64,000 nucleotides of DNA from Octopus sinensis (lineage: Eukaryota). Positions 63,522-64,000 of this stretch are shown here, piece after piece. Under the pieces are notes generated by a model. The model was not told where the DNA came from and made no database searches. It was given only the letters and a program-made list of their open reading frames with translations. Numbering within the stretch: position 1 is the first letter of the stretch; the number at the start of each line of letters is the position of its first letter. A program made the translations under genes and the position numbers. The stretch is from positions 1 through 64,000 of the forward strand of contig NW_021834236.1 of the NCBI RefSeq assembly GCF_006345805.1, in the 5' to 3' direction.

Positions 63522-63863
63522 GCCAGATTGGCGTAGTCGTGTAGGCCTACGCCTCTGGAGCCGGCGATCTGGGTTCGAATCCCGCTGGGATCGTGAACCT
63601 TCACACCTGGGTCGTCCGAGTTCTCTCTAGTGTAACCAGCTGGAAACGGATATTTAGCCCTTCTCAGGGCCGAAGCAGGGAACCAGAGAAACCAATCCCA
63701 CCTAAGGCGTACTAAAACGGACAGCAGGTGGACATCCGGGAGTAATGACTCGGATGTGGGCCGACCCCCTCAGAGTGTCAGGATTTAAAGGTCGAAACTC
63801 TTGCCTAAAGGGGATTTCTCCTCTTAGGACCACCTGCTGTTACGCTCTCCTCGAGTTTCTGTC

Positions 63864-63866
<3 letters not shown>
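63522..63866 (+). mobile_element. GC-rich tRNA-Gln(CTG)-related SINE with structured 3' module; single copy in window
   Basis: A-box-like TGGCGTAGTCG, B box GGTTCGAATCC (63572-63582), CTCTG..CGATC.GG.TTCGAATC matching the tRNA-Gln layout; acceptor stem does not pair; ends in (TA)n. Confidence 0.72.
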
Positions 63867-63946
<80 letters not shown>

Positions 63947-64000
63947 CACGACAGGATTCTTTCAGTTTCTGTCTGCCAAATCGACTCACAAGTCTTTGGG

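Noticed and set aside
63522-63593. Functional tRNA-Gln gene
   Set aside because: Acceptor and anticodon stems do not pair; it continues into a SINE body

Overview
AT-rich, microsatellite-saturated animal nuclear DNA. The SINE families resemble those I recall from coleoid cephalopods, most likely Octopus; this is inferred from repeat sequence and not verified by a search. I recognise no host protein-coding gene. Nearly all ORFs in the track are translations of (TA)n, (CA)n, (TATC)n, (CATA)n, (GA)n or trinucleotide tracts. The only clearly protein-derived sequences are retroelement relics: a decayed CR1-group reverse transcriptase (about 38.9-40.5 kb) and short LINE 3' ends. The rest is a dense mobilome. 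Family A (Nin/Deu-domain tRNA-SINE) often occurs as TSD-flanked multimers, and family B (CORE-like SINE with an internal microsatellite) has about 20 copies or fragments. There are also RTE-tailed and V-domain SINEs, hAT, pogo and mariner MITEs, Helitron/Helentron-type elements, and three long inverted duplications. The most striking signals are RNA-structural. One is a tRNA-headed SINE carrying a Penelope-type minimal hammerhead ribozyme (51.7 kb and 60.8 kb), with further decayed hammerheads across the window. The other is a single GC-rich tRNA-Gln-like SINE at 63.5 kb whose 3' module folds into a closed multi-stem domain with hammerhead-like strands in a permuted order. Boundaries of decayed repeats are approximate (about 10-20 bp).
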